A DNA stretch of 64,000 bases from Botryllus schlosseri. Taxonomy: Eukaryota. Below the pieces are notes generated by a model. That model saw only the letters and a list, made by a program, of their open reading frames with translations. It was not told the origin of the DNA and did not search any database. The translations under genes were made by a program, and so were the position numbers. The stretch is from assembly GCA_051294905.1 (NCBI GenBank), contig CM119371.1:5768001-5832000 (forward strand), in the 5' to 3' direction. Within the stretch, counting starts at the first letter, position 1. Each line of letters begins with the position of its first letter. Shown here piece by piece: positions 12,274-26,000 of the stretch.

Positions 12274-14752
12274 CATAGGCGCCGACTTTTATTTTTTTAC
12301 GAGGTGGCGAAGTCTTGTGACGTCATAATTGTTCCAAATCGATGACGTCATCGTCGCTCTAAAACGCACTTTACTACATGCCGCTGGTTTACGTGCAGCG
12401 TTAAACTATACGTGTGGCGTTTTAATATAGGCCCTGTGATCATTCATATCAAACCATGCAGTCGAGTTATTAAATGGAATCTTAAAACGATACGAGTACG
12501 ATCGTACGAAAATATAACTGCGCTACTAGTCTGTCCGACGGAATGCACATAACAGAAATCAGAATTTACGTCACTGAGAATTTGGAGTTGTATCAATGTT
12601 ATTCACGCGCAATGTGCTGTGATGTGAGTAACTAAATACGCGACGCACTGGCCTGGCAAGTTCGCAATTAACACATGACAACTCTCGAACATGAGGTTTC
12701 AAGCAGACAATAATGATGATTACAAACGCGAAATCGCGCAGCCAATCAATAGTTGTCTCTTGCGATTTCTGGCTTCGCGTTGATTAGCTCGCATCGCGGC
12801 AATTGTTTGTCGATTAAAACAGCGATTTTGGCGGCATTGGTACATTTCCGATTTACGTTCGCGAAGCATTTTGGGAGTACATCGGTCAATTCGTAAATTC
12901 AATTTGCATGTCGATGGCCGCCAATACATACTAATTGAATTACGTGTTGACAACTGCACAAATTTCCTTCTACGGCCGCTGGTTGGATACCCCTGGGCTA
13001 GAAATAATTCCACTTCCGTGCACATGCCGCGATCTTATCAATAGAAATTCACCGGCTACCAAATGCCCAATAGTTTAATATTCGATATTGTTATTCTCGA
13101 GACGAGTACATCCAGCAATCAAGTTGATCGTAATATAGAATGTTCCGTGTTCAAACGAATCACATAAAATAAGAATTTGTGCCACCCAGAATCTCGTTAT
13201 GCATCAATATTTGACAATGGCATGGCATCGCCTACTGCACGTTAATAACGAAAGGAACACTGAAAAATGACTTCGTGCGACAATTTCGGAGTACGAATGT
13301 ATCAAGTATAAAACAAAAAATATGGATGGTTGCAAACGAGAAAGCGTGTATTCTAATCAGTATCGCTACGAATGGGTTTTGAGTTTGACATAGTATTGAG
13401 TAGCTTTCGTCGCGTCAATTGTTTTCTCATTATATCGGTGTTTAAGCTGTATTGCTGTATTTCCCGATTAACCTCACTGGCAAAGCCTTCTTAGAGAAAC
13501 GAATATGCGCAGAAATGAATTCCAATTTGGAGGCGCACACCAACACACCCTCCAATTTCGCGCTCTGATTACGAAGACTATCGCACGAAGCTAGCTATAG
13601 CTTAAGAGTGGTTTTGTAAACGAATGTGGGCGCACATCATTTAGATTTTAGAAAAGCAGATCGTCTATTTGGGCGAATGGTCGGGAGGGAAGATCTAGGA
13701 TGGTGTTCATGTTGACGATTTTACGCGTATGATAAGCTTGCCAAAGAGTCCGGAAGTGCTGTCAATTAGAGAGTCCCTGATCTCTGGTGAACAATTAAAT
13801 ACGCGCACGTATTACGCAGCCTCAATGACAGTTTCGGCAAATCAAAATGTCCGAACTTGACGGCACTGATTTCATGTGGTTCAGACCTGTGTAGTCTTTT
13901 AGAACTCAAGCCATGATGCACATCTTCTGATCGTTACGTTCAAGTATTAGCGGGAATCAATTACGCACGTTAATGTCTCTTTGCAGCGATTCGATGTTAT
14001 TCAGTTTTGCGATGTCGCTCTTTAATCAATGTAACATAAAACAATCACCAATTAGCGTAAACTCGACCGCATTGTCTCCAAACCAGCGAGAGATAGAAGC
14101 CAAAGCATGTTAGGTCCGAGACGCGATAGGTAAGCCAGCAATGGTATCTTTCGCACCAGGCCTATCGCAGATGCTCATTGCTCATCATGTATATACCAGC
14201 GATGATATCGTATACGCCAGGCCGAAGCCGCCAATACAGATGCGATTGCGCATGCAGGCAAGCGATGGTATAGTGTGAACTGGGCCTATTGCAGATGCAG
14301 GCTTGTTCGAGACGCGATAAATCGGGCTATTAGCGATGATTGCCACGCGCACGGGAATGAATGACCTAATTTCGCAACCATCTCAGCGGGAGATCATCAC
14401 AGAATCTTCTCGCTAATTGACAACATGCTTCTCGTAAATCGACCCGCGGAACAATGATAATACAATTATTGAATTGCAGCTGAATATTAGAGTTAGAATG
14501 GTCGTTTCAAAAGGACGTGGTTTCGCGTTTCAGAAGGTTTCGGTCCCCGAAAGCCCCCTGGCTTCGCGCCTGGCACGCACGCGTATCGAACTCGACGACG
14601 TCTCTAACGAGGTCGCGTCGATTCGCCTGATTATTAATTATTGGTCACAAATGACTTGGACGTTTGGGCATTTTTACGAGGTGGCCGCCACCTCGTAAAT
14701 ATGGTCACGAGGTGGCTGCGCCACCTCGTAACCTCGTAAGTCGGCGCCTATG
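12274..14752. mobile_element. Composite non-autonomous hAT element (TIR CATAGGCGCCGACT)
   Basis: 8-bp TSD CCTGCCGG; contains a Charlie-like end (about 12980) and an inverted CAGGCGCG-family piece (about 13700-14572). Confidence 0.85.
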
Positions 14753-14760
14753 CCTGCCGG

Positions 14761-16250
14761 TATACCAATCAGTTAATGGTAAATTGGGTCTTACCTTCAT
14801 TGCTTCCGCGTATTGGAACGCTAACCTTGACGATGTCATTGTCACCGACCTTGGCATACTTGAGATCAACATATTGACCAAATGCTCTGTCGTAGCACTT
14901 GATTTTACAATCACTACCGTGCAATACATCTTCAAATACTTGATAAACCGCACTTTGTATCTTTGAAGTATCAGCAACAGAAATAATTCTATCGTGATCT
15001 AATAGCTTGACTAGCAATCTCATCATATTGTTATCTGGACTGAAGAAACAAGTTGATTAGAAGATATTTAGAAATAACTGGCATCGGAAAGACATACCGG
15101 TACAGAAGTATGCATACGGCGAGCCAATCCAGCGTCTACACAAAATCCAGCGCCAGCATTCACATTTTTTTCACAGCCGAACTTTTCAGTAATTCAATAA
15201 CCAATCAGAATCCAACAGTCCGCCAATCATTTCTCACCAAAGTGAATCAGTATGACGTAACAACACTGGCGTTCAAATATTTTTCGCAGCCGAACTTTTC
15301 AGTAATTCAACAATCAATCAAAATCCAACAGCCCGCCAATCATTTATCACCAAAGTGATCTACCTTCCGCCAGTTTAACTCGCCAGTGCAAATCGGTTTA
15401 TAGTTAATTTGATCTTACCTCCGTTTCTAAAATACCTCATAAACTGCACTTTTTATCTCCGAAGCACCAGCAACAGAAATAGTTCTATCATGATCTAATA
15501 GCTTGACTAACAATCTCATCGTATTGTTATCTGGACTGAAGAAACAAGTTGATTAAAAGCTATTCAGAAATTACTGGCATCGGAAAAACATACACAATGA
15601 TGGAGTCTTATGAATCTGGACGCACCGATTGAATATACATCGAAAGGTCTAATGTATATCAGTTCGTTTGGAGAAAATGCATTGAGCAAACCCGTTTCAA
15701 ATACAGAGTAGCAATGCATATGGCGATAAAATGATGACTCGAGTAATTTCCCAACATTTTCCATTGATTACGAATTAACAAAATGTACTCGACTTTACAA
15801 AAAATCGGACAATCATATATTCCATTGCATTGGTACCGTTCGCAACCATCGTCATACAATTTCGCACTCCCTATTTTCATTCCCTCTGGAAAACTTTGGA
15901 ACCCAAGTAAGCCAGCATAACAATCTGGTATATGACACCTAACAAATATGAATAGGAATTTGTGAAATTTTGCAAGATTTGGATGGGATTCGAATTTAAG
16001 ATGTTTTTGTAATGGTTTTGGATCTGGACTTACCGATTAGAAATCCCCTCACCGTCATCACGTCATCACGTGCATGGTGAGGTTTTGAGGTGAAACATGA
16101 GGTGGAAATACATTTACTCCTATTTGAATAGGTGGATAACGGTATCCACCCTTTAAAATGGGTGGATCTGTCGTTACACCTGTTGTTAAAGATGTAAATG
16201 ACATTTACACCCCTACTCCACCCAAAAATCCACCTTTAATTTTTACAGTG
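14761..16250 (-). mobile_element. Decayed CACTA/EnSpm-type element (transposase C-terminus plus start of a second ORF)
   Basis: Terminus CACTGTAAAAA at 16250; frameshifted PIFCKVEYILL...FYRHMHCYSV...RPFDVY...FIRLHH; second ORF MRLLVKLL...CYDRAFGQYVDL...DIVKV; family assignment from motif recall. Confidence 0.55.
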
Positions 16251-16369
16251 TAGACGTACATGTGGACTTAAACCTCGCCAAAACAGACTCTGTAAAACTA
16301 TTACCAGGAATTAGATTCGCATCATTGCTGGTTTAAGCAATAATTACACCCAAAATATCAATAATACAG

Positions 16370-16925
16370 GTGCTAGACAAGGTACCTATACCTGGAGGAG
16401 TCACCGTGTGAGAGATGCCTATACCTGAAAGTACGACTTACCAACACGAGTTTTCGAGGCACCGTGTGAGCGATCCCTATACCGAAAAGGGTTACCGTGT
16501 GAGAGACCCCATAAGACACAATGGCACCGTGCGAGAGATAGGGGGTCAAAAGGGCCACCGTGCCATCACGAGTTTCGAGGCTCCGTGCGAGCGGGTCCAT
16601 AAGCCACAATGGATCATCAAGACCGATCATATATACTACTTGCGCTCATATATTTATACATCTCAGAAAAGTCAGCGCCGGCACTCTGGGCAATGGTCAA
16701 CAGTTGTTCATGTATGCTAGAATGTAATATGTAGTCAAAAGGGTCACCGTGCCAACACGAGTTTCGAGGCACCGTGTGAGCGGGCCCATAAGCCACAATG
16801 GCGCATCACGACCGATCATATATACTACTTGCGCTCATATATTTATACATCTCAGAAAAATCAGCACCAGCACTCTGGGCAATGGTCAACGGTTGTTCAT
16901 GTATGCTACAATGTAATATGTAGTA
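16370..16925. repeat. Dispersed element with short internal repeats (GAGAGATGCCTATACC / GGCACCG) and an approx. 190-bp tandem duplication
   Basis: Homologous block at about 60230-60850. Confidence 0.7.
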
Positions 16926-17003
16926 CGTAATGCGCTTTATTTTGTTAACAACCAAAGTCATTTGCCTTTGCGCGTTAATCATTGTCTCAGAAAAGCTGAG
17001 CTA

Positions 17004-17330
17004 TCATTTACTGACGGCGCGACTTGGTTTTGAGCGGAAAAGTGATTCGAATCTCGCGGTTATATGTGACGATTTCGTGCGGCGATTTTCACTGATCGCC
17101 CCCGGCTGATCGGAGAAAATGGCCGCGTTATTTTGAACAATTTTAGCAATTCGATTAACTCCAGCTTCGCCTAAATACGTAGGCTCGTTCATGACAAAGC
17201 TGATAGGAAAAGCGTGCCTAATTCTTTCATCGGCAACACCGAGTAAAGCAGCTTCGTGCTTAACATCGTTGGCGTGACTGATTTCCGAGTATAGTACGTT
17301 CTCAGCTGGTTGCTTATTTTTACTAGCCAT
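17004..17330 (-). CDS. Possible single-exon orphan ORF, 108 aa
   Basis: True ATG in context AAATGG, non-repetitive sequence, AATAAA about 65 nt after the stop (16936-16941); no recognisable domain. Confidence 0.3.
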   Translation of the reverse strand: MASKNKQPAENVLYSEISHANDVKHEAALLGVADERIRHAFPISFVMNEPTYLGEAGVNRIAKIVQNNAAIFSDQPGAISENRRTKSSHITARFESLFRSKPSRAVSK

Positions 17331-17860
17331 TTAGACACTTTAGTAAACACTTGTCTATGGCAAATATCGATTATCTAACGACAATACAACAATAACACTT
17401 CAGAAATCACTAACACATACACAAGTCAATAGGGATGTTCGCTGTCATGATGTTTCAACAGAAATCGACAAACGTGTACCCTTCCTTGTCGTCGATAGCA
17501 GACGTCCGTATTGAAGATGTATACCCGTTCGACTGTAACTCGGTGGCGCCATGCAGGAATTAGAGCTTATGGTCTCTGGTGATCTGTATTAGAAGCGTAG
17601 GTAACCAAATATCTTGGAATTTCGGCGATACTTGAATACTTATCTCGAGAAGCTGTTCCGTGGGCGAAGTTCTTCGTAACAGATATATAATACAATGGTT
17701 TATTCAGAACGTTGCAGTATTTTGCATATAGTCTCATAATCAAAGGTAATCTCTAACGCATGTTACCTTCACTTATATAGAAGTCTCGACTCTCGAGTAA
17801 TCACAACAAGAAGTAGTTTCTTATTCGAGACATAGCGAAATATCATGGGCGAGTGATCAC

Positions 17861-18849
17861 CAGTGTTGGGATGACTCGAGTCATGACTTGACTCGAGTCA
17901 GACTCGAGTCACCTTTTTCGCATGACTTGACTTGACTCGAGTCACTTTGCTAAAATGACTTGACTTGACTTGACTCGGAGTATCAGAAATGTGGATTGAC
18001 TCGTGACTCGGAGCAAAATTCACGAGTCAATTTCAAGTCATCAAGGAATCGGTGTCGATAACAATCACTCTATCTTGCATATGTTCGGATTGTTCGCGAA
18101 ACGCTGGTGTAACCCGTGAGAGCGACCAATCATTCAATGATCGTGCGTTTCACTGAACCTGGATTGTTCTCTCACAAATATATTGACCGCAAACGAAGTG
18201 ATCGATGCTTACAGCTTACGTTGTCGTAATTCTGGTAGTAAAGTAATAAAATAGCAAAATGTCTATTTCCGTTCTCTATATGTTCTTACCTTAACCAATA
18301 AACCTATTGTTTTATTGAAATTGAATTCGAATATAGTTTATTTAGTCATCAACCATTGGCGCAAGATCGAATTGTATCATATCTATTTGTAAATGAGTAA
18401 TGTATTGCATATTATCTATTCGTTTCTTTATTCGCTATTTTGGCTGGTAACTATATAAACTGTGGCCAGGCAATTACGAAGTTTAACAGTTCTACGTATA
18501 TGTGAGTGATACATCGTCTTCTTGCGTGCATATTTAACTCTATATTCGTTCATCGGTTCGGAAACAATGACCACTTAAACTGTATTTCAGACTGCTAGCA
18601 AATTGCATTGACGTAATCATGCCTCATACATAGGCCTACTTCGAAAAATCAACTTAACTTGAAATGTGACGTGACTCGTGACTTGATTTGACTTGACTCG
18701 ACTTGACTCGAGTCACCTGCAAAAATCGAGTAACTTGACTTGACTCGAGTCACCTTTGAAAATCGATTGACTTGACTTGACTCGAGTCAAAATGTGCAAT
18801 GACTCGAAATGACTCGTGACTCGAAGGTAGTGACTTGATCCCAACACCG
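17861..18849. mobile_element. hAT-type non-autonomous element, GACTT-rich family B
   Basis: TIR CAGTGTTGGGAT, TSD GTGATCAC; copies at 46084-46906 and about 51760-52170. Confidence 0.88.
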
Positions 18850-21579
18850 GTGATCACAGCGTTATCATTGCACCAACTATAGATAACTAACCATAGGCCC
18901 TCTTTTAATAGTATTTGTTATCTTTTTTGAAAGCGTCCATGAAGGACGCCATTTTGTCCTATTTTTTGAGAATATTGATTAAATTTACGGCCAAAATCGA
19001 TTGAGATGCCATAAATCAGCACTGAAGCAACGTTCAGACGGGTATTTCGGGAGCTGATCCGGAGATGACCTTTTTTTAGCCGTCCACCTGATATATTTAG
19101 TGCGTTTCCATGCACGGCCGATGGGCCCATTTTCGAGAGATTCGGCCGACGAACGAGAGAATTTTGTTGCGCATTTACAGATTGCACACCCACGTCGGCC
19201 GACTCGTCGGCCATCGAGTGAATCCTTCGGCTTAGCCCTTCGGCCATGCTTGCGCTGTGTCTTGGACTAGCGAATTGGTGTTTGCTACTTACAATACACT
19301 TTTCGTATCGAATTAACTATGGCTGCACTCCGGACGGATCTTGGACGCCTTGAAAAACCCGGAATTTAATTACCATTGCAATGGAATTTAGTAGTACCGG
19401 TACTGCTATGAATTACCCGCAGGCTACCGAAATCTTCGCGATCTTATTACATACGCTGCTGCCACAATTCGAGGGTTTGTGTTCTGGTTCATGGGTACAA
19501 TGCAAACTATACCGTTTGACCACAAACTAGGTGAACTTATTCACATTCCCCTTGTAAGCAAATCATCAACAGGACACTGGAAGTTCATGTCTGAATCATG
19601 ACGACGAAACAGTAGTACCGGTAGACTACTGGACAAGTTACTATTCTGCACTCGAAATTATTGGACCACGATATCCCATATCCATATCCCCCACATACTA
19701 AGATATGCCACCAATTTTCATCTTTTTTCCATTTTATTTTATCTTCTGTTAGTTTTAAGCAATTGGTTCATCATGACCATTTTACATGTTGGATGGATTT
19801 AGGCCTACGTGTTCAAGGCCAAAGCGTGTTGTTCGACTGAATGACCGCTACAAATCATCTCGGCTCATTCCTACCGAGTCATTTATCGCAATCTTGTGAT
19901 TATTATGAAATTATTACATAAAGTAAACCAAAAACGTCGTTGCGATCGCTTCGCCCACCTAGTTCGGCCAAGTCACGGTCAGATTACGCCTGGTCATGGA
20001 AACACGGCCGACATGTACAACGCATGCGTCATGGCCTTTCGGCCGACCGTCGGCCGAGCATGGAAACGAAGTAATTGTGAAAGAATAGAAATCTGTATTT
20101 TGAGCGCCGAACGAGAAAGTTGACCTTTTTTTAGTCAACCGACCACGACGTGGGAAAAAATTACCATTTTTCAGGAATTTCCTCCGGATTTGCAATTTTA
20201 AAAATTTTGAAATAGAGTGTCCTCTTTTCAGATTTACAAAATATGGTAACCCAATAGTTATCGATTCACCAAGTCACTGCGCGGTCCCTTGGAGACAGAG
20301 ATGGCCACAGTCCGGTTCAGGAGCCGGAGCAGGATTTTGATCAATTTTACTGCAGCCGGATCGGAGCCGGATTCTGAAACTGCCGTATGAGCCGGATTTA
20401 AACAGGATTTGATATTCATACCAAATATTTGGTGATAAAGGTTCAAGATATCTTATAGTCAATGAAAAAAGCGGCTTCGATATTACTTCCGTAGTTAAAT
20501 GCATTCATTGCTATGGATCAAGCCCAGGCTGGTTCCGACAATAAGTGACAACGTTGAAACCGCTGATACCGGTCATATCGTTGAAATGCGTAAGCAACAT
20601 AAGTAAAGTTTCTGCAGGCACTGCTACTATTTTCGATCAATTTGTGTCTTACTTTTGAGACATTAAGTACTTGGTGAGACTAATTGGTCTTTAAGACTAT
20701 TTTTTTGTAAAAAATTGATTTGAGACAGAATGTACTTGGTAAGACTAATTGGTGTTTAAGACTTTTTTTTGTAAAAAATCGATTTGAGACCAAATTTGTC
20801 TAATTTTTTTTTGTAGTGCTGAAATTATTCAACAATTGTTCTGAATACCATACATAATAGGGAAGTGTTCCCCATTATCCCATTACTAACGCTTCAATTG
20901 GTCGAAATTGAATCAAATTTGTAATGCACCATTTTCTTCCAAAACTTCATAGGGACGGGCAGCCAGTATAATTTGAAAAAAATGTGTATACTTTTTGGTA
21001 TATTCAAAATTCGGCACTTCTTCGATGGCAGTCACCAGTCAGAGATCGAAAAGTGTTCACCATGATCACCGATGAATGTTTTCCATTAGGGTGCAGGGAA
21101 AGGGTGATATTAGGGTTGTCGGTTGTGTCATGTAGGCCCACTGTCCTGATTAGAATCGCTGGCCTTTTTGCCTGATATATCAGGTGAGCAGCGATGATTT
21201 TCCAAGTTAAAGTAATGTATTCAAAAATAATTAAAAAATAAAACATAGTGTGAGCACAGGACACCGATTCCATACAGGCCCACTGTTGTTTCGAGTGTAG
21301 GCAAACAATGGAATTACACATCTTGTTACAAACCAGAGTTATATTTCAGCGAGCCTAATTATTCTCTGTAACATGTTCTTCTGTTTTTTCAGTTATCGAA
21401 TGGGACTTTCGATTTTGAAAATATTTTTGGATCAGGATGGGATAGGACTGAATTGAAAATTTTCAGGATCGGACTTTGACCGAAAAATATCACAGTCCGC
21501 TCATCACTGGTCTCCATGCCAGCTACGTTGCAAATTGCTATGGTAGGAGTGTTACGTTATTGAGAGTACAAGAAAAGAT

Positions 21580-21905
21580 ATGGAAGAAACTACGTCTGCC
21601 AATGCAGCAGGATCTGTGTCGCCCATAGACAGAACATGCGATATGAGAATTAAAATGGGATGCCTACAATGAAAACAAGAACTACTGAAATTTTTCGAAA
21701 TCGCTGTAATCGATAATGAAAACATTGAAGGACTGATTGAATATCCGGACGGTCAGATTGATATCACTTTCCGAGAAAGAGGAATGGCGATCGAAGCACA
21801 CCGAAACATGGTACAGAAGAAAAAAGGCGTAGAGATGCCAGCAAACTGGCTCTACGTGACAGAGAACGGTATTGAGATGACTTCAAGATTGTCCCCCGTT
21901 GATAT
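21580..21905 (+). mobile_element. Possible non-LTR retrotransposon ORF1 remnant
   Basis: Interrupted frame LLKFFEIAVIDNENIEGLIEYPDGQIDITFRER resembles L1/Tx1-type ORF1 RRM-like segments (recall only). Confidence 0.3.
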
Positions 21906-22627
21906 ATGAATGAAATAGCGGTACTAATCCCAGTGCCGACTTAATTATGGTGGGATTCATCAACTAATAGTGTTGCTTGATTTTGTTGCAAATATTTGTT
22001 CTGTCATTAACTGTTATTGCCTAATTTAACCGCATGTCTGCATCCAAAAGTTTACGTTTAAATATGTTTATATGTCTGTGTAATGGGACCATGAACTCAT
22101 TATGGAGGCATACTTGAAGTCTTCTGTGTGATTACATACAATATACTGCGATGAATGTAGTCTCGAAATAAATATACGTCTCTCTCTGATACACCGCTGA
22201 ACTACAGTTGTATTAGCATTTTCAGGAAAACCAGAAACTGGATGAATAAATTGAAGGCATAGGAGCATATCGTGAATTATATTACCGGATCCAATTACAA
22301 GACTGCAGTTACCTGGACATTCAAGTCTGACTGAGTAATATAAAAAAGTTGAAGCACACCGGCACTTTAAACTACTGTATTTCACTTTTCAAAGCTGGCA
22401 ACTAGATATTTGAAGGGGCATTAGCCGCTGTAGTAGTTGGCTAGTGAAGTCTGCATGTTCTATAGAAGTTTTACAACTAGATTTCTACAGGAGAGTGTGC
22501 TGTGCAACTAGAAATAGTCAATAAACCAACAGATATTCGTCAGCTGACTAGTCCGGTACTTTGTACAAGCCTCGTCTCTGCCAAAAGCCCAGCACTGTGT
22601 CACACGATGTCAATCCGACGCATGATA

Positions 22628-22633
22628 TTTATT
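22628..22633 (-). terminator. Candidate polyadenylation signal of PLK1 (AATAAA)
   Basis: AATAAA on the minus strand about 235 nt after the stop; the UTR could extend further. Confidence 0.4.
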
Positions 22634-22865
22634 GATAAGTATTATTAACTCGCGTTACAAGGGAAAGGTAAGAAACTCCTGCCAAAGAGAGGCAGTGGAG
22701 ATAAAGTAGGAAAGAGACGTCAAGTCAAATTCAAACGCTATGCCACGCCTTTCAAACTGCTGTTCACAAAGTCCTGGTTTTTGTTCCAGCACATACGTGA
22801 TCACCCAAATCATTTCCATCGGAAATCGTACACAAAGTCAGCAAGTCGTATTTTGTCAAACATTG

Positions 22866-23060
22866 TTAGTTTTGCGCAGCAGACGAATGGTTGGACATGA
22901 GTTTTTCCAGCATGGTCCTGGCGTACCGCAAACGATGGCCCAGTTCGCGACTGCATCCGTATTTCTCAATCAGGCTCAGCTTGTACGTGCGAAAGTTTCG
23001 TTCACGGTCGATATAAGTCACGGCGCCCATCAGAGGACACAGAATCACTTTGGTGTGGTC
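22866..23060 (-). CDS. PLK1: PLK1 terminal coding exon 11 ([18 protein letters not shown]...stop)
   Basis: End of polo box 2, TAA stop. Confidence 0.95.
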   Translation of the reverse strand, partial: DHTKVILCPLMGAVTYIDRERNFRTYKLSLIEKYGCSRELGHRLRYARTMLEKLMSNHSSAAQN

Positions 23061-26000
23061 CTGTATCATGGAAAAATACATTTAAGCAGTCGCACAAGTG
23101 TTCATAGTAGTCAGTGTTGCTACTCAAGTAGAAGTAAGCTAGTTTATTTCTAATCTATCACCATTAGAAGATGCTCAAAGTAGTCAGGGTCATAAGAACG
23201 GCAGGGAATAATAATTCAAGGACCCCAATCTGAATCAAGTGTTAAGTATAATCATTCGAGTCGCGACTCGCGAGATATGATTTTTTCGCACTGGAATTAT
23301 GCATACCTTGCCAGTAACGAGAACTATAGTTTTCATTGTGTTTACCAATGTAAACTTGATTGGTCGTATCTACGGCTGGGCAAAATCGAGTACCTGGGTC
23401 ATTCGATTCTGAATCATGTAATATGCTTCGAGTTGAGTAATCGAGGATCACTCATCATGACATCACAACAGAATGTACTTCGTCAACGATCAAATATGTA
23501 CCATTCATGCCACCGCATAGAATATAATGCCTGTTATCAATCTCATAAAGATACTTTGGTATTTTTTCGACCATACCGATTTTATTCCACTCGGTGCCAT
23601 GCTGCGGGATAATCATGACTTCCGAAATGTGCTACGTCCAGTAACCTTCGTAGCTTTGAACAATATGTTTCGTATGCCACGATACCGCCAATCAATGTCT
23701 CCAGGCTTCAACAGTGAAAATTAGTATCGAAACTATAGTTTTCGTTGATAAATTAAACCTTCAGTGGCGAGAGGTGTATAATTTCAATACTCGAAAAAAT
23801 CGTCTTTTACTACTTGAATCATTGTGCCCGGCCCTAGTCGTATCAGATCACAGCCTACGAAACATGCAGTACATAGCTATGAACGTTAGTGGAAAGGACA
23901 TGTGAAGTCGTGATCAACTTTTGCACCTTCAAGAATCTCTTGAAATATCCCATATACCAGGGTCGGGATTGCAAGCGACCCGTATACAGTTTCTGGTCTT
24001 GCATGATAATGTGGCCCGCGCCTAACTACATTCGCAATCACATATCTTCAACCATGAACATGAGCAAGGTGGTTCCAATCAAACTGAAATCCACGCGCAA
24101 TTTTACCATTTTAATTGAGGGTTTCTGCGTACAACATGTATTCGGAGCTCAAAGAACTTTCATTGACCACAGATCAACAGCTTCTGAAGAACATTATGTA
24201 TGATGATAAATTCATTGAATACTGCTTTTGTCTCAACGCTTCAAACTCAATGTTTAGATTGTCGGTAAGTGGATAAATATGCAATTAATGTATCGATTGA
24301 CTGGCCGGTCAAGTACTTAGTTTCCCGCATGCGGCCTTGCCGACTGGAGAAGTTTCCCGCCCCTGCCATATCCCGAACACAATCTCATATTACCTCGAAG
24401 AAGTTGATCTGCATGGTCCCGTTGCTGAGATGCAGCACGATGGCGCTTCTCGTCCGAAACCACGTTCTGAGGAAGGGCAGACGAGCGTACTGGTCACCTT
24501 CCTTTGGCGCCATGGACGCCCCGGCCTGAAACGCAAATCCATGGTCAAGAAAGTGTGCCGGTATTCACAGTTCAATCCTACACTTCTTAGTTGAAACGTA
24601 GCTACTCATTTCAAGTGTTGCGATGTAATCGGTACCTTCGAGTCGAACGTCATTTCGAGTGACTCTGGACATTAGATTTTTTAGCAATACAGTTTGTTTT
24701 TAAAATTAGAACGATTACTAGCTTTTTCCAAATTATACAAGAATTATAATTATAGCTACACAGTTTTTTTCAAATTAAATTAAATTTATAGCAACATGGT
24801 TTTTTCCTAATTATATTACAATTAGATTGATAGATGTACTGTTGATTTCTGAATTAGATTAGAATTAGAATTGTAGCAACACTGTTTTTCTGACAACGTT
24901 GATTATAATTACCGAACCCACGAAAACTTGAACGAGAGTGGCAAATATTTGTATAGCAAGCTTGGTTGGCTTCACACTATACCGTTACCCTGTAGCATTT
25001 TCAGGAAAAACATAAATTAGATTAGAATTAGAGCAAATCAACATTTCACAAATTAGACTAGAATTAGATTTCCAGCATTCCGCTCTATTCAGTCCAATTT
25101 AACAACTAGAATTATCCAGTTGTATAAGTCTGCTAGAAAGGCAGTATTGAAGAAAATCATGCTTGAGCGTGTAGACAAAATTTGTCACCCTATCTTGTCA
25201 AAATTGCCAAAAGACACTAACTTGAGAGTTTTTATGCGCCTGATTTACGAATGGTTGTAAATACACTTTTATTCCAACTCAACCCACCTTGAGCAAATGC
25301 TCGCACATGTAGTTGCGAAAATACTTGAGCAGGGTTACTTTCTTGGTTAGCGTGTTCGGATATTGTTGAAGCGTGTAATAAGATTCTGCCATGTCTCTGT
25401 CAATGTACTCCACCTGCTCGTCGTTGGCGTACAGAAGTATTCGCGTGCTATCGTTGAACAAAACCCCATTGCTGTTGTCACATAGTTGGTAGCCTGAAAT
25501 TTGAAGCGAATTTATCAAAATTTGTACAATATTTTGGACCACAACAAGTTCTATATCGTTGCTGGCAAGCTTATCATACGCTTAAAATCGTCAATACGAA
25601 GAGATCATATGATCGTCATTTACACATGTGCTTGACCAGAATTGAATTAATGCTATATTGGTAAATTGAAAAAAATCAAAATCCCAATAATTTTTCGACT
25701 GGCTACTGACTAGCACCATCCTAGATCTCCTCACCCAGCCAGGCGCCGACATAGCTAGCTAGCTAGCACGTGATAGTCTTGGTAATCGGAGCGCGAAGTT
25801 GAAGGGTGTGTTGGTGTGTGCTTGCAAATTGGAATTCATTTCTGCTCAGATTCGTTTCTCTAACAAGGCTTCGCCAGTGACATTTATTGGAAGATGCAGC
25901 AATACAGCTTAAACACCGATATAATGAGAAAACAATTGTCGCGACGAAAGCTACTCAATACGCTGCCAGTCTAAACCCATTCGTGGTGATACTGATTAGA

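Noticed and set aside
16370..16925. CRISPR-like repeat-spacer array (also 60400-60850)
   Set aside because: Eukaryotic context, irregular units, no unique spacers and no cas genes
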